Positions 50,827-60,697 of a stretch of 64,000 nucleotides of DNA are shown piece by piece. A model generated the notes under the pieces. The model was not told the origin of the DNA. It ran no database searches and saw nothing but the letters and a program-made list of their open reading frames with translations. This stretch comes from Gammaproteobacteria bacterium. Lineage in GTDB: Bacteria; Pseudomonadota; Gammaproteobacteria; UBA4575. A program made the position numbers and the translations under genes. Each line of letters starts with the position of its first letter. The first letter of the stretch is position 1. Location: contig CBDCUI010000008.1 in the NCBI GenBank assembly GCA_965222615.1, forward strand, positions 864,001 through 928,000. The letters run 5' to 3'.

Positions 50827-51903
50827 TTAATTATCTTGTACTTGTAGAATTTCTTGAAGTTTCAATTCGTTAGCTTTTTTAGCTGCATAGTTAGTATGAG
50901 CGGATTTTAAAGTGTTTAACTGTCGTTGTGATATTTCGATTGGAAAGCTTTGTTTATATTCCTTAGCAAATCTTTCTAAGGATCGTTTTGTTTTAGAACC
51001 ATATAAACCATCTGCAGGGCCTGGATTATAACCAAGTTTACTTAGATACAGTTGTATATCTTCGACCAGCTGAGTAGGTACTAATACAGAGGTCTTGGTT
51101 CTTAATACAGCAGCTATATAATCGTGTCCAGAATCAACAGCGATCTTTAAGGCGGTTTCATTGTCAACAGATTTAAGATCAGCATTAGCGCCTAAATCTA
51201 GTAGAGCCCCGACCGTACTTAAATTACCTAGCTCTGAAGCTAACATTAATGCTGTCTTGTCGTCATTAAATCGATAGTCGACATCTATGCCTGCAGAAGA
51301 AACAAGGTTTGCAACTAAAGTAGTATTATTATTAACAACGGCGTTAAAGAATTTGATATGTACATCTTCCTCTTTAACTTCACTTTCTTTTTCATCTTCA
51401 GGACTTGGTGTTGTTATTTGTTTTGCCTCTTGTTCGGTAACTTCTTTAGGAATAGTTTCAGTCGTGCTACTTTTTGCAGCAGCCAGTGTTTGCAAAGATT
51501 CAGTCTGTCTTAAATGATCAATTCCAGTACCATGTTTATATAGCTTTGCTAGTTTTCTAGCGTTTGCGAATTCCTCTTTGTTTAGTTGCTTTTCAATTCG
51601 CTTTCTTTGTTGAATAGCTTCTTCTAAGCCTGCTGCAGAGGCCAAATTGTAATAAACGTGGGACAATGTAAGATCTTTCTCTATCCCTAAGCCGTTTTCA
51701 TACAATGCGCCAATGTATAACAGTGATTCTGCGTTTCCATCCACTGCTAATGGATAGTGACGATTAAAAAATGCGGCATAGTCATCGATGTCAGCAGGCA
51801 GAATTGCACTGACTGCTGCTACAGTGTAAGTAAATACTGAAACGGATAAAACGCAGAGCATAAATGCATATTTAACTAACCGTTGCATGTCTTTAATCAT
51901 CAA
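50827..51903 (-). CDS. Secreted Sel1 + ankyrin + peptidoglycan-binding protein, possibly frameshift-truncated
   Basis: GALYENGLGIEKD; TALMLASELGN, TALKIAVDSGH; IQLYLSKLGYNPGPADGLYGSKT. Confidence 0.8.
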   Translation of the reverse strand: MMIKDMQRLVKYAFMLCVLSVSVFTYTVAAVSAILPADIDDYAAFFNRHYPLAVDGNAESLLYIGALYENGLGIEKDLTLSHVYYNLASAAGLEEAIQQRKRIEKQLNKEEFANARKLAKLYKHGTGIDHLRQTESLQTLAAAKSSTTETIPKEVTEQEAKQITTPSPEDEKESEVKEEDVHIKFFNAVVNNNTTLVANLVSSAGIDVDYRFNDDKTALMLASELGNLSTVGALLDLGANADLKSVDNETALKIAVDSGHDYIAAVLRTKTSVLVPTQLVEDIQLYLSKLGYNPGPADGLYGSKTKRSLERFAKEYKQSFPIEISQRQLNTLKSAHTNYAAKKANELKLQEILQVQDN

Positions 51904-52492
51904 ACAAATACAATAATATGTTATATTTTAGTTGGTTATGAGCGATAATATACATTTTTCAGTAATAAATTGAGATATCGTTCAAACTACGGTAGATAAA
52001 TGTCGAAGCCGCAATCAAATCTGACTTCATCTAGAAAAATACCATTGTCAATTGATGGTATATCAACATCCCCGCTTTAGCCAATGACCAACAACCAATA
52101 ATTATTTGTAATTATATCCTGCAAAAGGATCATACATTTAAAGTGATTTATCTCAACAATCAATTGGGATATTTAGATGATAAATCAGTCAATTTAAAGT
52201 GACTCATATATGAAATAGTAAATCTGTAGGCCATGTTTCATAGTTATATATGAGCCTCCTATAATCGTAGGTAGCTATTGGTTTCGAGACCTTTCAAAGT
52301 GTCCCGGTGAAAAGAATGGGTAAATAGGTTGGCAAGACAAACTCATTATTGTCTAAAGAAGTATTAGCTGGGCCGTAGTTTCAGTGTTAGGTTTAATCCT
52401 GCTAGATAAAGCAAATTTATGCGTGTACTTACTATATTGAACATCGTGTCATTAAATGTAGAGTGTATATTACGAAACTTTAACTGATAATA

Positions 52493-52885
52493 ATGAAAGT
52501 CTTTTTATATGTAGTAGTACTTAGCATGTTGCAATGGGGATGTGCTACTGCTGAGCTATCAAATCAGTATGAAAGTAAGATCGTACATGTCGTTTTAATT
52601 TGGTTACAAGAGCCTGGTAATGGTCAACATATCGATAAAGTAATAAAAATGACTCGAAATTTGAAAGTGATTCCAGAGGTCCAGGAAATTCGAGTTGGTA
52701 AGGTTATTTTAAGTGAAAGACAAATTGTAGATGATAGTTTTGATGTCGGTTTATATATGGTTTTCAACAGTAGCAAAGAGTTAGAACGCTACTTGGTGCA
52801 CCCAATGCATGTAGAAGCTGTACGGTCTGCATTACGTCCACTTGCCAGTAAGATAGTGGTTTATGACTTTAAGGAAACCAGCTGA
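52493..52885 (+). CDS. Dabb (stress-responsive A/B barrel) protein with signal or lipoprotein peptide
   Basis: IVHVVLIWL; DDSFDVGLYMVFNS...YLVHPMH; VYDF. Confidence 0.8.
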   Translation: MKVFLYVVVLSMLQWGCATAELSNQYESKIVHVVLIWLQEPGNGQHIDKVIKMTRNLKVIPEVQEIRVGKVILSERQIVDDSFDVGLYMVFNSSKELERYLVHPMHVEAVRSALRPLASKIVVYDFKETS

Positions 52886-52933
52886 AATAGTTTAACTTAT
52901 CTTGATAAATTTGAGGTTATTAAAAAATACTTC

Positions 52934-52971
52934 TGCAATATTGCAGTGCATCAGGGCACTAAAAAAATGCA
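52934..52971 (+). promoter_or_regulatory. Tandem NtrC-type binding sites
   Basis: TGCAA-N7-GTGCA 52934-52950 and GGCAC-N7-ATGCA 52955-52971. Confidence 0.65.
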
Positions 52972-53069
52972 ATGAGCAGTTAATACATTGAAATTCAACT
53001 TAGCTAATTGATTATAAGTTTTCTGCAACTTATTAATAATTAAAATAAAATTCCTCCTGATTAACCACT

Positions 53070-53085
53070 TGGCACACATGATGCA
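53070..53085 (+). promoter_or_regulatory. Sigma54 promoter of urt operon
   Basis: TGGCACACATGATGCA (GG-N10-GC). Confidence 0.78.
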
Positions 53086-53208
53086 TTCGCATAGCGCAAC
53101 TGCACATTTATATATGCATGAGACTGCTCAATAAAGCATAAGCAGCACTTACTAAAGTGTGACTCTATATTGAGTAAAGTTTTAATTATTTTATCTCAGG
53201 AGTTGAAA

Positions 53209-54498
53209 ATGAAAATAAAATGTTATGTTAATAAAGTCACTTTTGTGGCGCTATGTATGCTTCTGTTGCCACAGCTAAGTGTTGCAGAGGATAAAATCAA
53301 AGTCGGAGTCTTGCATTCACTATCAGGAACCATGGCTATTAGTGAAACTACTCTGAAAGACACTGTTCTCATGATGGTTGAGGAGCAAAATAAAGCCGGG
53401 GGCTTGCTTGGGAAGGAGCTAGAGGCAGTAGTAGTAGATCCAGCTTCAGATTGGCCTTTATTTGCTGAGAAGATGCGCGAATTAATTGAAGTACATAAAG
53501 TAGATGTTGTATTTGGATGTTGGACTTCAGTTTCTCGTAAATCTGTATTGCCAGTCATAGAAGAGTTAAATGGCTTATTATTTTACCCTGTACAGTATGA
53601 AGGCGAAGAGTCTTCAAAGAATGTGTTTTATACAGGTGCGGCGCCAAACCAACAGGCCATCCCTGCTGTGGACTACTTAATGAATGAAGTAGGTGCAAAG
53701 CGCTGGGTGTTAGCTGGAACAGATTATGTATATCCACGAACTACAAACAAAATTCTTGAGTCATATTTAAAACAAAAAGGTGTAGCTGAAGAAGATATCA
53801 TGATTAACTACACTCCATTCGGGCATTCAGATTGGCAAACAATTGTCTCTGATATCAAGGCATTTGGATCAGCAGGAAAGAAAACTGCAGTCGTTTCTAC
53901 CATTAACGGCGATGCCAACATTCCTTTTTATAAAGAGCTTGGTAACCAGGGCTTGTCTGCAGAAGATATTCCGGTTGTGGCATTCTCTGTAGGTGAAGAA
54001 GAGCTTTCAGGAATTGATACAGCACCACTGGTAGGGCATCTAGCAGCTTGGAATTATTTCATGAGTTCAGAATCAGATGACAATGATGAGTTTATTGAGG
54101 CGTGGCACAGTTTTATTAAGGATGAAGATCGTGTGACCAACGACCCAATGGAAGCAACCTATATTGGTTTTAAAATGTGGGCTAAAGCGGTTGAGAAAGC
54201 TGAAACTACAGATATGGATAGTGTACGACCTGCCATGTATGGAATTGAAGTACCTAATCTTACTGGCGGGACCGCAATAATGAATACCAATCATCATCTT
54301 TCTAAGCCAGTGCTTATCGGGGAAATCCAAGATGATGGACAATTTGAAATCGTCTGGTCAACGGATGGAGAAATAAAAGGTGATGCATGGACTGATTGGT
54401 TGCCTGATAGCAAAGTCATAGTTGCTGATTGGACAGACCCCATTAGTTGCGGCAATTTCAACACAGAAACTAAAAAATGTTCAGGGCAAAATTACTAA
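53209..54498 (+). CDS. urtA: Urea ABC transporter substrate-binding protein
   Basis: GVLHSLSGTMAISE; FGCWTSVSRKSVLP; YPVQYEG; ATG 53209 behind AGGAG (track start 53170). Confidence 0.95.
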   Translation: MKIKCYVNKVTFVALCMLLLPQLSVAEDKIKVGVLHSLSGTMAISETTLKDTVLMMVEEQNKAGGLLGKELEAVVVDPASDWPLFAEKMRELIEVHKVDVVFGCWTSVSRKSVLPVIEELNGLLFYPVQYEGEESSKNVFYTGAAPNQQAIPAVDYLMNEVGAKRWVLAGTDYVYPRTTNKILESYLKQKGVAEEDIMINYTPFGHSDWQTIVSDIKAFGSAGKKTAVVSTINGDANIPFYKELGNQGLSAEDIPVVAFSVGEEELSGIDTAPLVGHLAAWNYFMSSESDDNDEFIEAWHSFIKDEDRVTNDPMEATYIGFKMWAKAVEKAETTDMDSVRPAMYGIEVPNLTGGTAIMNTNHHLSKPVLIGEIQDDGQFEIVWSTDGEIKGDAWTDWLPDSKVIVADWTDPISCGNFNTETKKCSGQNY

Positions 54499-54542
54499 TT
54501 GTCCTTCGATTACACATAGTTTCTTTCTAAATCTTAAATATT

Positions 54543-54573
54543 CTAGCCACTCTCGATTATCGAGAGTGGCTAG
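54543..54573 (+). terminator. Perfect inverted repeat after urtA (attenuator or stabiliser)
   Basis: CTAGCCACTCTCGAT-T-ATCGAGAGTGGCTAG. Confidence 0.7.
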
Positions 54574-54604
54574 TCTCAATTAAATTTAGTTATCTTAAGT
54601 TATT

Positions 54605-56236
54605 ATGAAATATTTAGCTGCGATATCTATATTTGTTTGCTTGATATTAAACAGCCTTCATGCAGCAGACAAAACCGATCCCATTCAAAGTAGCTTTGCA
54701 TTACTTTCTTCAAAGAGCTTTGATGACAAAATATCCGCTATTAATTCAATAGCGAATTCAGGCCATCCTGCTGCAGCTGATATTCTTACGAAAATTTTAG
54801 AAAGTAATCTCTTTTATGATAAGAAAAGTAAAGAAATTATCATTGTTTCTAAAAGCACCTCAAAAAAATTTGATTTATATAAGCCAATAACAAAAGATCA
54901 ATTAGGTTCAAAGACAAAAAAAGAACTTCGGAAACAATATAAAAAAGTAAGCATCAATAATAAGATTAGAAGACTGCTCAATGAGAAAATTGCAACATTA
55001 ACTATTTATAGCGAAGACAAAAAAACTCGTCTTGAAGCTACTAGAAATATTCTAAAAAATATTAATCCGTCTTCTGTAGAAATATTGCGTGATGCTATAC
55101 AACAAGAAAGTGATAATGAAGTAAAAGAGTTGATGAATGTTTGTATCGCAGCAGCGGAAGCTAAGTCAAATGATCCAGAAATTCAACTTAGGGCAATTAA
55201 TAGTTTGTCTGGAGCTTTGTACCCAGAAATTCGAGTGTTACTCGAGGGATTAAAAGCTGATTATACAGATAATTCTGAAATAGATAGTAGATTATTATCT
55301 GCAGTAAATTCTGCTTTAGATAAAATAAATTTAAAAGTTAGTTTTTATGAGCAAATCGAGAATGTATTTTTTGGACTTAGTTTAGGTTCCGTATTATTAC
55401 TTGCAGCGGTTGGATTGGCGATAACATTTGGTGTAATGGGCGTAATCAACATGGCACATGGTGAAATGCTTATGTTAGGTGCATACACAACTTTTGTTGT
55501 ACAGCAACTTATGCCAAATATGATTGAGTACTCGCTGTTGTTGGCGATACCTATGGCATTCATAGTAACTGGATTGATTGGTATAGGTATTGAGCGTGGA
55601 ATAATACGTTTTTTATATGGACGACCATTAGAGACTCTTTTAGCCACTTTTGGACTAAGTCTTATCTTACAACAGTCAGTGCGATCAATTTTTTCGCCAT
55701 TAAACCGGTCTGTGATTACACCTGAATGGATGAGTGGGTCTTATGAGTTTAATCCAGCTTTATCACTTACTTATAACAGAATGTACATCATTGTTTTTGC
55801 GTTGTTGGTGTTGTTTGGTTTGCTGCTGTTATTAAAAAAAACCACTTTTGGTTTGCACATGAGAGCAGTTACCCAGAATCGAAATATGGCAAAGGCGATG
55901 GGAATACGCACGAATTGGGTAGACTCTTTAACATTTGGCTTAGGGTCAGGTATTGCTGGTATTGGTGGAGTAGCTTTAAGTCAACTCACTAATGTGGGGC
56001 CAAACCTTGGTCAATCTTATATTGTAGATTCCTTCATGGTGGTTGTTTTTGGTGGTGTAGGAAATTTATGGGGGACTTTTATTGGTGCGATGACATTAGG
56101 TATTGCTAATAAGTTTATGGAACCATTTACCGGTGCCGTATTTGCCAAAATACTTGTGTTGATTTTCATTATTTTATTCATACAAAAATATCCACGGGGC
56201 ATGTTTGCCCTTAAAAGTAGAGATGTGAAAACCTAG
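54605..56236 (+). CDS. urtB: Urea ABC permease UrtB with periplasmic helical-repeat region
   Basis: GLAITFGVMGVINMAHGE; GRPLETLLATFG; RAVTQNR. Confidence 0.94.
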   Translation: MKYLAAISIFVCLILNSLHAADKTDPIQSSFALLSSKSFDDKISAINSIANSGHPAAADILTKILESNLFYDKKSKEIIIVSKSTSKKFDLYKPITKDQLGSKTKKELRKQYKKVSINNKIRRLLNEKIATLTIYSEDKKTRLEATRNILKNINPSSVEILRDAIQQESDNEVKELMNVCIAAAEAKSNDPEIQLRAINSLSGALYPEIRVLLEGLKADYTDNSEIDSRLLSAVNSALDKINLKVSFYEQIENVFFGLSLGSVLLLAAVGLAITFGVMGVINMAHGEMLMLGAYTTFVVQQLMPNMIEYSLLLAIPMAFIVTGLIGIGIERGIIRFLYGRPLETLLATFGLSLILQQSVRSIFSPLNRSVITPEWMSGSYEFNPALSLTYNRMYIIVFALLVLFGLLLLLKKTTFGLHMRAVTQNRNMAKAMGIRTNWVDSLTFGLGSGIAGIGGVALSQLTNVGPNLGQSYIVDSFMVVVFGGVGNLWGTFIGAMTLGIANKFMEPFTGAVFAKILVLIFIILFIQKYPRGMFALKSRDVKT

Positions 56237-56238
56237 CG

Positions 56239-57387
56239 ATGAAATATAAGCCATTAATTTTTCGACTGTTAGAACGAGATAAAGGCGGTAAGTACTTCCT
56301 GGCAATTTTGCTTTTTTTAATGGTGTTGGTACCTGTTTGTAATTTGCTGGTTCCCGAATCCTCCACCTTTCATGTTTCTACCTATGTTGTAACATTAATA
56401 GGTAAATATTTGACTTATGCGTTATTGACAATTTCATTAGATTTGGTTTGGGGATATTTAGGAATTTTAAGTTTGGGTCATGGTGCATTCTTTGGTTTAG
56501 GAGGCTATGCCATGGGCATGTACCTAATGCGACAAATAGGTGAGCGCGGTGTTTATGGACATCCTGTTTTACCTGATTTTATGGTGTTTTTAAATTGGAA
56601 AGAGCTGCCATGGTTTTGGTATGGATTTGATCAATTTTGGTTTGCAATGTTGATGGTGGTAGTAGTACCGGGTTTACTGGCATTTGTATTTGGGTGGTTA
56701 GCATTTCGTTCACGTGTTACTGGTGTGTATTTATCTATTATGACGCAAGCATTAACGTATGCATTGATGCTGGCTTTTTTTCGAAATAATTTTGGCTTTG
56801 GTGGTAATAATGGTCTAACTGATTTTAAAGATATTTTAGGTTTTGATTTGCAGGCCGATTTGACACGAAATGTTTTATTTGTGTGTTCCGTACTTGCGCT
56901 ACTAATTGGATACTTCATTTGTAGATTTATTGCACAGTCACGCTTAGGAAGCTTAGTGACTGCAATCCGAGATTCAGAGGGTCGTGTCAGAGCATTAGGC
57001 TATCGAGATGAGTATATTAAATTATTTGTTTTTGTTGTCTCTGCAATGCTAGCAGGAGTAGCGGGGGCGTTATATGTGCCACAAGTGGGAATTATCAATC
57101 CAGGTGAATTTGCTCCGATAAACTCAATTGAACTTGTAATTTGGGTGGCAATGGGTGGCCGCGGCACACTTTATGGAGCTGCTTTAGGTGCTGTTGTTGT
57201 TAATTTTGCTAAAACTTATTTTACTGCGGCAGCACCAGAAGTATGGTTGTTTATGCTTGGTGGCTTATTTGTAGTGGTTACATTATTTTTACCTCAAGGC
57301 ATTATTGGAGCAATTAAAAAAATACCTATGCTAAATACTCAATCTCGAGATTCTACATTATCAAAATTGGAAACCAATAATGAGTGA
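56239..57387 (+). CDS. urtC: Urea ABC permease UrtC
   Basis: DLVWGYLGILSLGHG; LPDFMVFLNW; GGNNGLTDFK. Confidence 0.94.
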   Translation: MKYKPLIFRLLERDKGGKYFLAILLFLMVLVPVCNLLVPESSTFHVSTYVVTLIGKYLTYALLTISLDLVWGYLGILSLGHGAFFGLGGYAMGMYLMRQIGERGVYGHPVLPDFMVFLNWKELPWFWYGFDQFWFAMLMVVVVPGLLAFVFGWLAFRSRVTGVYLSIMTQALTYALMLAFFRNNFGFGGNNGLTDFKDILGFDLQADLTRNVLFVCSVLALLIGYFICRFIAQSRLGSLVTAIRDSEGRVRALGYRDEYIKLFVFVVSAMLAGVAGALYVPQVGIINPGEFAPINSIELVIWVAMGGRGTLYGAALGAVVVNFAKTYFTAAAPEVWLFMLGGLFVVVTLFLPQGIIGAIKKIPMLNTQSRDSTLSKLETNNE

Positions 57388-58162
57388 TGCACAAGTTAGC
57401 AGCGCAACGTTTACGCACGTCCCTGATGAGAGTATCTTGTATTTGGATGGTGTGTCAGTAAGTTTTGATGGTTTTAAAGCAATAAATAATTTGAGTTTGT
57501 ATGTAAATAAAAACGAACTACGTAGCATCATTGGACCAAATGGTGCTGGTAAAACCACTATGATGGATATTATTACCGGCAAAACACGACCTGATGAAGG
57601 TAAGGTGATCTTTGATGATATGACGGACTTAACTTCAATCAATGAAGCGGAAATTGCTAATCTTGGTATTGGTAGAAAATTTCAAAAGCCAACTGTTTTT
57701 GAAAATCATACTGTTTATGAAAATTTAAAACTTGCGCTCGAAGGCCGTCGCAAAGTATTTGAAAATTTATTTTTTAAATTGGCTAGTGAAGACGAAGATA
57801 AAATTTATGAAGTTCTTAAGACGATCGCACTAGAAGAACACAGTCCTCGTGACGCAGGGGAGCTCTCGCATGGGCAGAAACAATGGTTAGAGATAGGTAT
57901 GCTGCTAATGCAAAATCCTAAGCTTTTATTGGTTGATGAACCGGTTGCAGGAATGACCAAACAAGAATCTGAACATACAGCTGAGTTGCTTATATCACTT
58001 GCTGAAAAACACTCAGTAGTTGTTGTGGAACATGATATGGAATTTGTTCGATCACTTGCTAACCGTGTAACTGTTTTGCACCAGGGTAGTGTTTTAGCAG
58101 AAGGATCGATGGAAAGTGTTCAAAATGATCCTAAAGTAATTGAAGTCTATCTTGGAGAATGA
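57380..58162 (+). CDS. urtD: Urea ABC ATPase UrtD
   Basis: GPNGAGKTT; LSHGQKQWLEIGM; DEPVAGM. Confidence 0.94.
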   Translation: MSDAQVSSATFTHVPDESILYLDGVSVSFDGFKAINNLSLYVNKNELRSIIGPNGAGKTTMMDIITGKTRPDEGKVIFDDMTDLTSINEAEIANLGIGRKFQKPTVFENHTVYENLKLALEGRRKVFENLFFKLASEDEDKIYEVLKTIALEEHSPRDAGELSHGQKQWLEIGMLLMQNPKLLLVDEPVAGMTKQESEHTAELLISLAEKHSVVVVEHDMEFVRSLANRVTVLHQGSVLAEGSMESVQNDPKVIEVYLGE

Positions 58163-58177
58163 TGAGGCAGTTGTTCT

Positions 58178-58873
58178 ATGATGATAATCAATAATCTAGA
58201 TCATTATTATGGTGAAAGCCATACACTTTGGAACATCTGTCTAGAAATAGATAAAGGTGTATGTATGTGCCTCATGGGAAGAAATGGTGTCGGTAAAACG
58301 ACATTATTAAAGTGTATTATGGGATTAGAATCGGCAAGCAATGGTGAGATTAATTTTAATGGGATTGATTTTTTTAAAAAGGCTGCTGAGCAAAGAGCTA
58401 GGCATCGAATTGGTTATGTTCCACAAGGTAGAGAAATTTTTTCTCAGCTTACGGTTGAAGAAAACCTTATAACAGGTTTGAAATCTCGTGCTGATAAGAA
58501 AAAAAAATTACCTGACTTTATTTATGAGCTGTTTCCTGTTTTAAAAGACATGCTAAATCGCAGAGGTGGAGATTTGTCTGGAGGCCAACAACAACAGTTG
58601 GCAATAGGACGCGCACTTGCGATTGAACCTGAATTGCTGATTTTGGATGAGCCAACTGAAGGCATTCAACCCAATATTGTCTCTGAAATTGCCGATATCA
58701 TTAAAAAGCTGAATCAAGAGCTTGGGCTCACTGTATTACTGGTGGAACAAAAACTTTCTTTTGCAAAAAAAGTAGCCAGTAACTTTGGTATTATGGAAAA
58801 AGGTAGAATGGTCGCTGAAGGCGGTATTGCTTCGTTAAGCGAAGATTTGATCGATCGGTATTTAAAAGTTTAG
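58178..58873 (+). CDS. urtE: Urea ABC ATPase UrtE
   Basis: GRNGVGKTT; LSGGQQQQLAIGR; DEPTEGIQP. Confidence 0.94.
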   Translation: MMIINNLDHYYGESHTLWNICLEIDKGVCMCLMGRNGVGKTTLLKCIMGLESASNGEINFNGIDFFKKAAEQRARHRIGYVPQGREIFSQLTVEENLITGLKSRADKKKKLPDFIYELFPVLKDMLNRRGGDLSGGQQQQLAIGRALAIEPELLILDEPTEGIQPNIVSEIADIIKKLNQELGLTVLLVEQKLSFAKKVASNFGIMEKGRMVAEGGIASLSEDLIDRYLKV

Positions 58874-59139
58874 CCTATAGAAAATAATTATTGAGGGCAA
58901 CAATAAAAACTATAAGAAAAGTAAAAAGTTTTATTTGTGTGTTGCTTTAGTTATATATAACTTCTTTGAGTGTTACTGTTTACGTAAGGGCATAATGCTT
59001 TAAAAGTTTCGGAGTTTTTGCATCATAAGCAGTACTATGTGATGTTAAGTTAACGCTTAATAATATTTTTATTATGCTTGAGTGTAATTGCACATTAGCA
59101 ATCCAAGTAAAAAAAGATTAATAAACAGCTCAAAATATA

Positions 59140-60018
59140 ATGATTGCAGCCATAGGAAAAAGTGACCTGGAAGGAATAGATCTTGTAGCCACTGGCGCAC
59201 ATTGGAACGCCGATTTGCGTTTAGGGCTGACGCTAAAAAATAGTAAAACTATACTCAGCGAACGCAGACATAAAGGCCCGCTAACTATACAAAGACCATT
59301 TTATCCGGAAAAAAACGATACATGTCATCTCTATATTTTGCATCCACCAGGAGGAATAGTAGGAGGTGACTCGCTCAATGTAGAGCTAGAATGTGGAGTC
59401 GGCACTTCTGCAGTGGTTACCACTCCTGGAGCAAATAAGTTTTATCAATCAGGAGGCGTGTTCGCTAAGCAATCTCAAAATCTCATCGTCAGAAATAACT
59501 CGTGCTTAGAGTGGTTGCCGCAAGAAACAATTCTTTTTAATGGCTGTAAGGTTTTTTCTCACACCAAAGTAGAATTGAATCATAATGCTAAGTTTTTTGG
59601 CTGGGAGGTAGTGAGTTTTGGTCGACCAGCTTGTAATGAGGAATTTACAACAGGGGCATTTAGGCATCACTTTGAAATTTGGCAAGATAAGGCTCCGTTG
59701 TTGATTGATCGAGTAAGCATACAAGATCGTGCTGAAGTCTTCAATTCTGTGTGGGGGCTACGAGAAAAACCCGTTATGGGGTTACTTGCAATTGTCACAA
59801 ATGATTTGAAAGTTTTAGAACTTGCTCAGCAAGAAGTAAGAGTTATGATCGAGAATATAAGTAACTCAAGTGTAAGTATTGTTGGAAAAGTTTTGCTATG
59901 TAGATACTTGCATAGAAATGCAACTACAATTCGCAATACTTTTGTGGAAATCTGGAAAAAAATTCGTTTGTTAACATTAAATAAATCACCGTGTGAGCCA
60001 AGAATTTGGGCTACTTAA
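59140..60018 (+). CDS. ureD: Urease accessory UreD
   Basis: GPLTIQRPFYPE; LHPPGGIVGGD; PRIWAT. Confidence 0.94.
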   Translation: MIAAIGKSDLEGIDLVATGAHWNADLRLGLTLKNSKTILSERRHKGPLTIQRPFYPEKNDTCHLYILHPPGGIVGGDSLNVELECGVGTSAVVTTPGANKFYQSGGVFAKQSQNLIVRNNSCLEWLPQETILFNGCKVFSHTKVELNHNAKFFGWEVVSFGRPACNEEFTTGAFRHHFEIWQDKAPLLIDRVSIQDRAEVFNSVWGLREKPVMGLLAIVTNDLKVLELAQQEVRVMIENISNSSVSIVGKVLLCRYLHRNATTIRNTFVEIWKKIRLLTLNKSPCEPRIWAT

Positions 60019-60052
60019 TACTTAATAATAAATAATAAAAAAAGGAATCTAT

Positions 60053-60355
60053 ATGGAGCTTTCTCCGCGCGAAAAAGATAAGCTTTTAATATTCGCAGCC
60101 GGGTTGCTTGCGGAAAGAAGAAAACAAAATGGCATTAAATTAAACTACCCTGAAGCTATTGCTTATATTTCATCTGCCATCTTAGAAGGGGCGCGTGCTG
60201 GAAAGAATGTAGCCGAGCTGATGGAATATGGGCGTACACTATTATCACAAGAAGATGTGATGGAAGGCATTGCAGAAATGATTCACGAAGTACAAGTAGA
60301 AGCCACGTTTCCAGACGGCACAAAGCTTGTAACAGTACATAATCCAATTTTGTAA
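60053..60355 (+). CDS. ureA: Urease gamma subunit
   Basis: [12 protein letters not shown]; [14 protein letters not shown]. Confidence 0.97.
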   Translation: MELSPREKDKLLIFAAGLLAERRKQNGIKLNYPEAIAYISSAILEGARAGKNVAELMEYGRTLLSQEDVMEGIAEMIHEVQVEATFPDGTKLVTVHNPIL

Positions 60356-60368
60356 ATGAGGCTTTAGC

Positions 60369-60677
60369 ATGAAACCTGGTGAATTATTGGCTGCAGAGGG
60401 TGAGCTGGAAATTAATGCTGGTCGCAGTACTAGCACAATTACAGTCGCAAACACTGGTGACCGCCCCATACAAGTGGGCTCGCACTATCATTTTTTTGAA
60501 ACCAACTCAGCATTGAAGTTTGACCGTGATGCCGCTAAGGGCAAGCGACTTGATATACCTGCAGGTACTGCAATACGTTTTGAGCCAGGACAAGAGCGCG
60601 ACGTAATACTTATTGATTTAGATGGTAAGAGAGTGGTGTATGGATTTAATGCAAAAGTTTCTGGAAATCTAGATTAA
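60369..60677 (+). CDS. ureB: Urease beta subunit
   Basis: [15 protein letters not shown]; RFEPG. Confidence 0.97.
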   Translation: MKPGELLAAEGELEINAGRSTSTITVANTGDRPIQVGSHYHFFETNSALKFDRDAAKGKRLDIPAGTAIRFEPGQERDVILIDLDGKRVVYGFNAKVSGNLD

Positions 60678-60697
60678 CTAATAGAGAATAATTAACA

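Noticed and set aside
51904-52492. Riboswitch (e.g. c-di-GMP-I) or pseudogene in the 590-bp intergenic gap
   Set aside because: No recognisable RNA motif and only short interrupted frames; an Rfam/Infernal and BLASTx search would decide
53097-53208. ANTAR (NasT-type) antiterminator hairpins in the urtA leader
   Set aside because: Small hairpins exist but loops do not fit the tandem ANTAR hexaloop pattern and no terminator is seen
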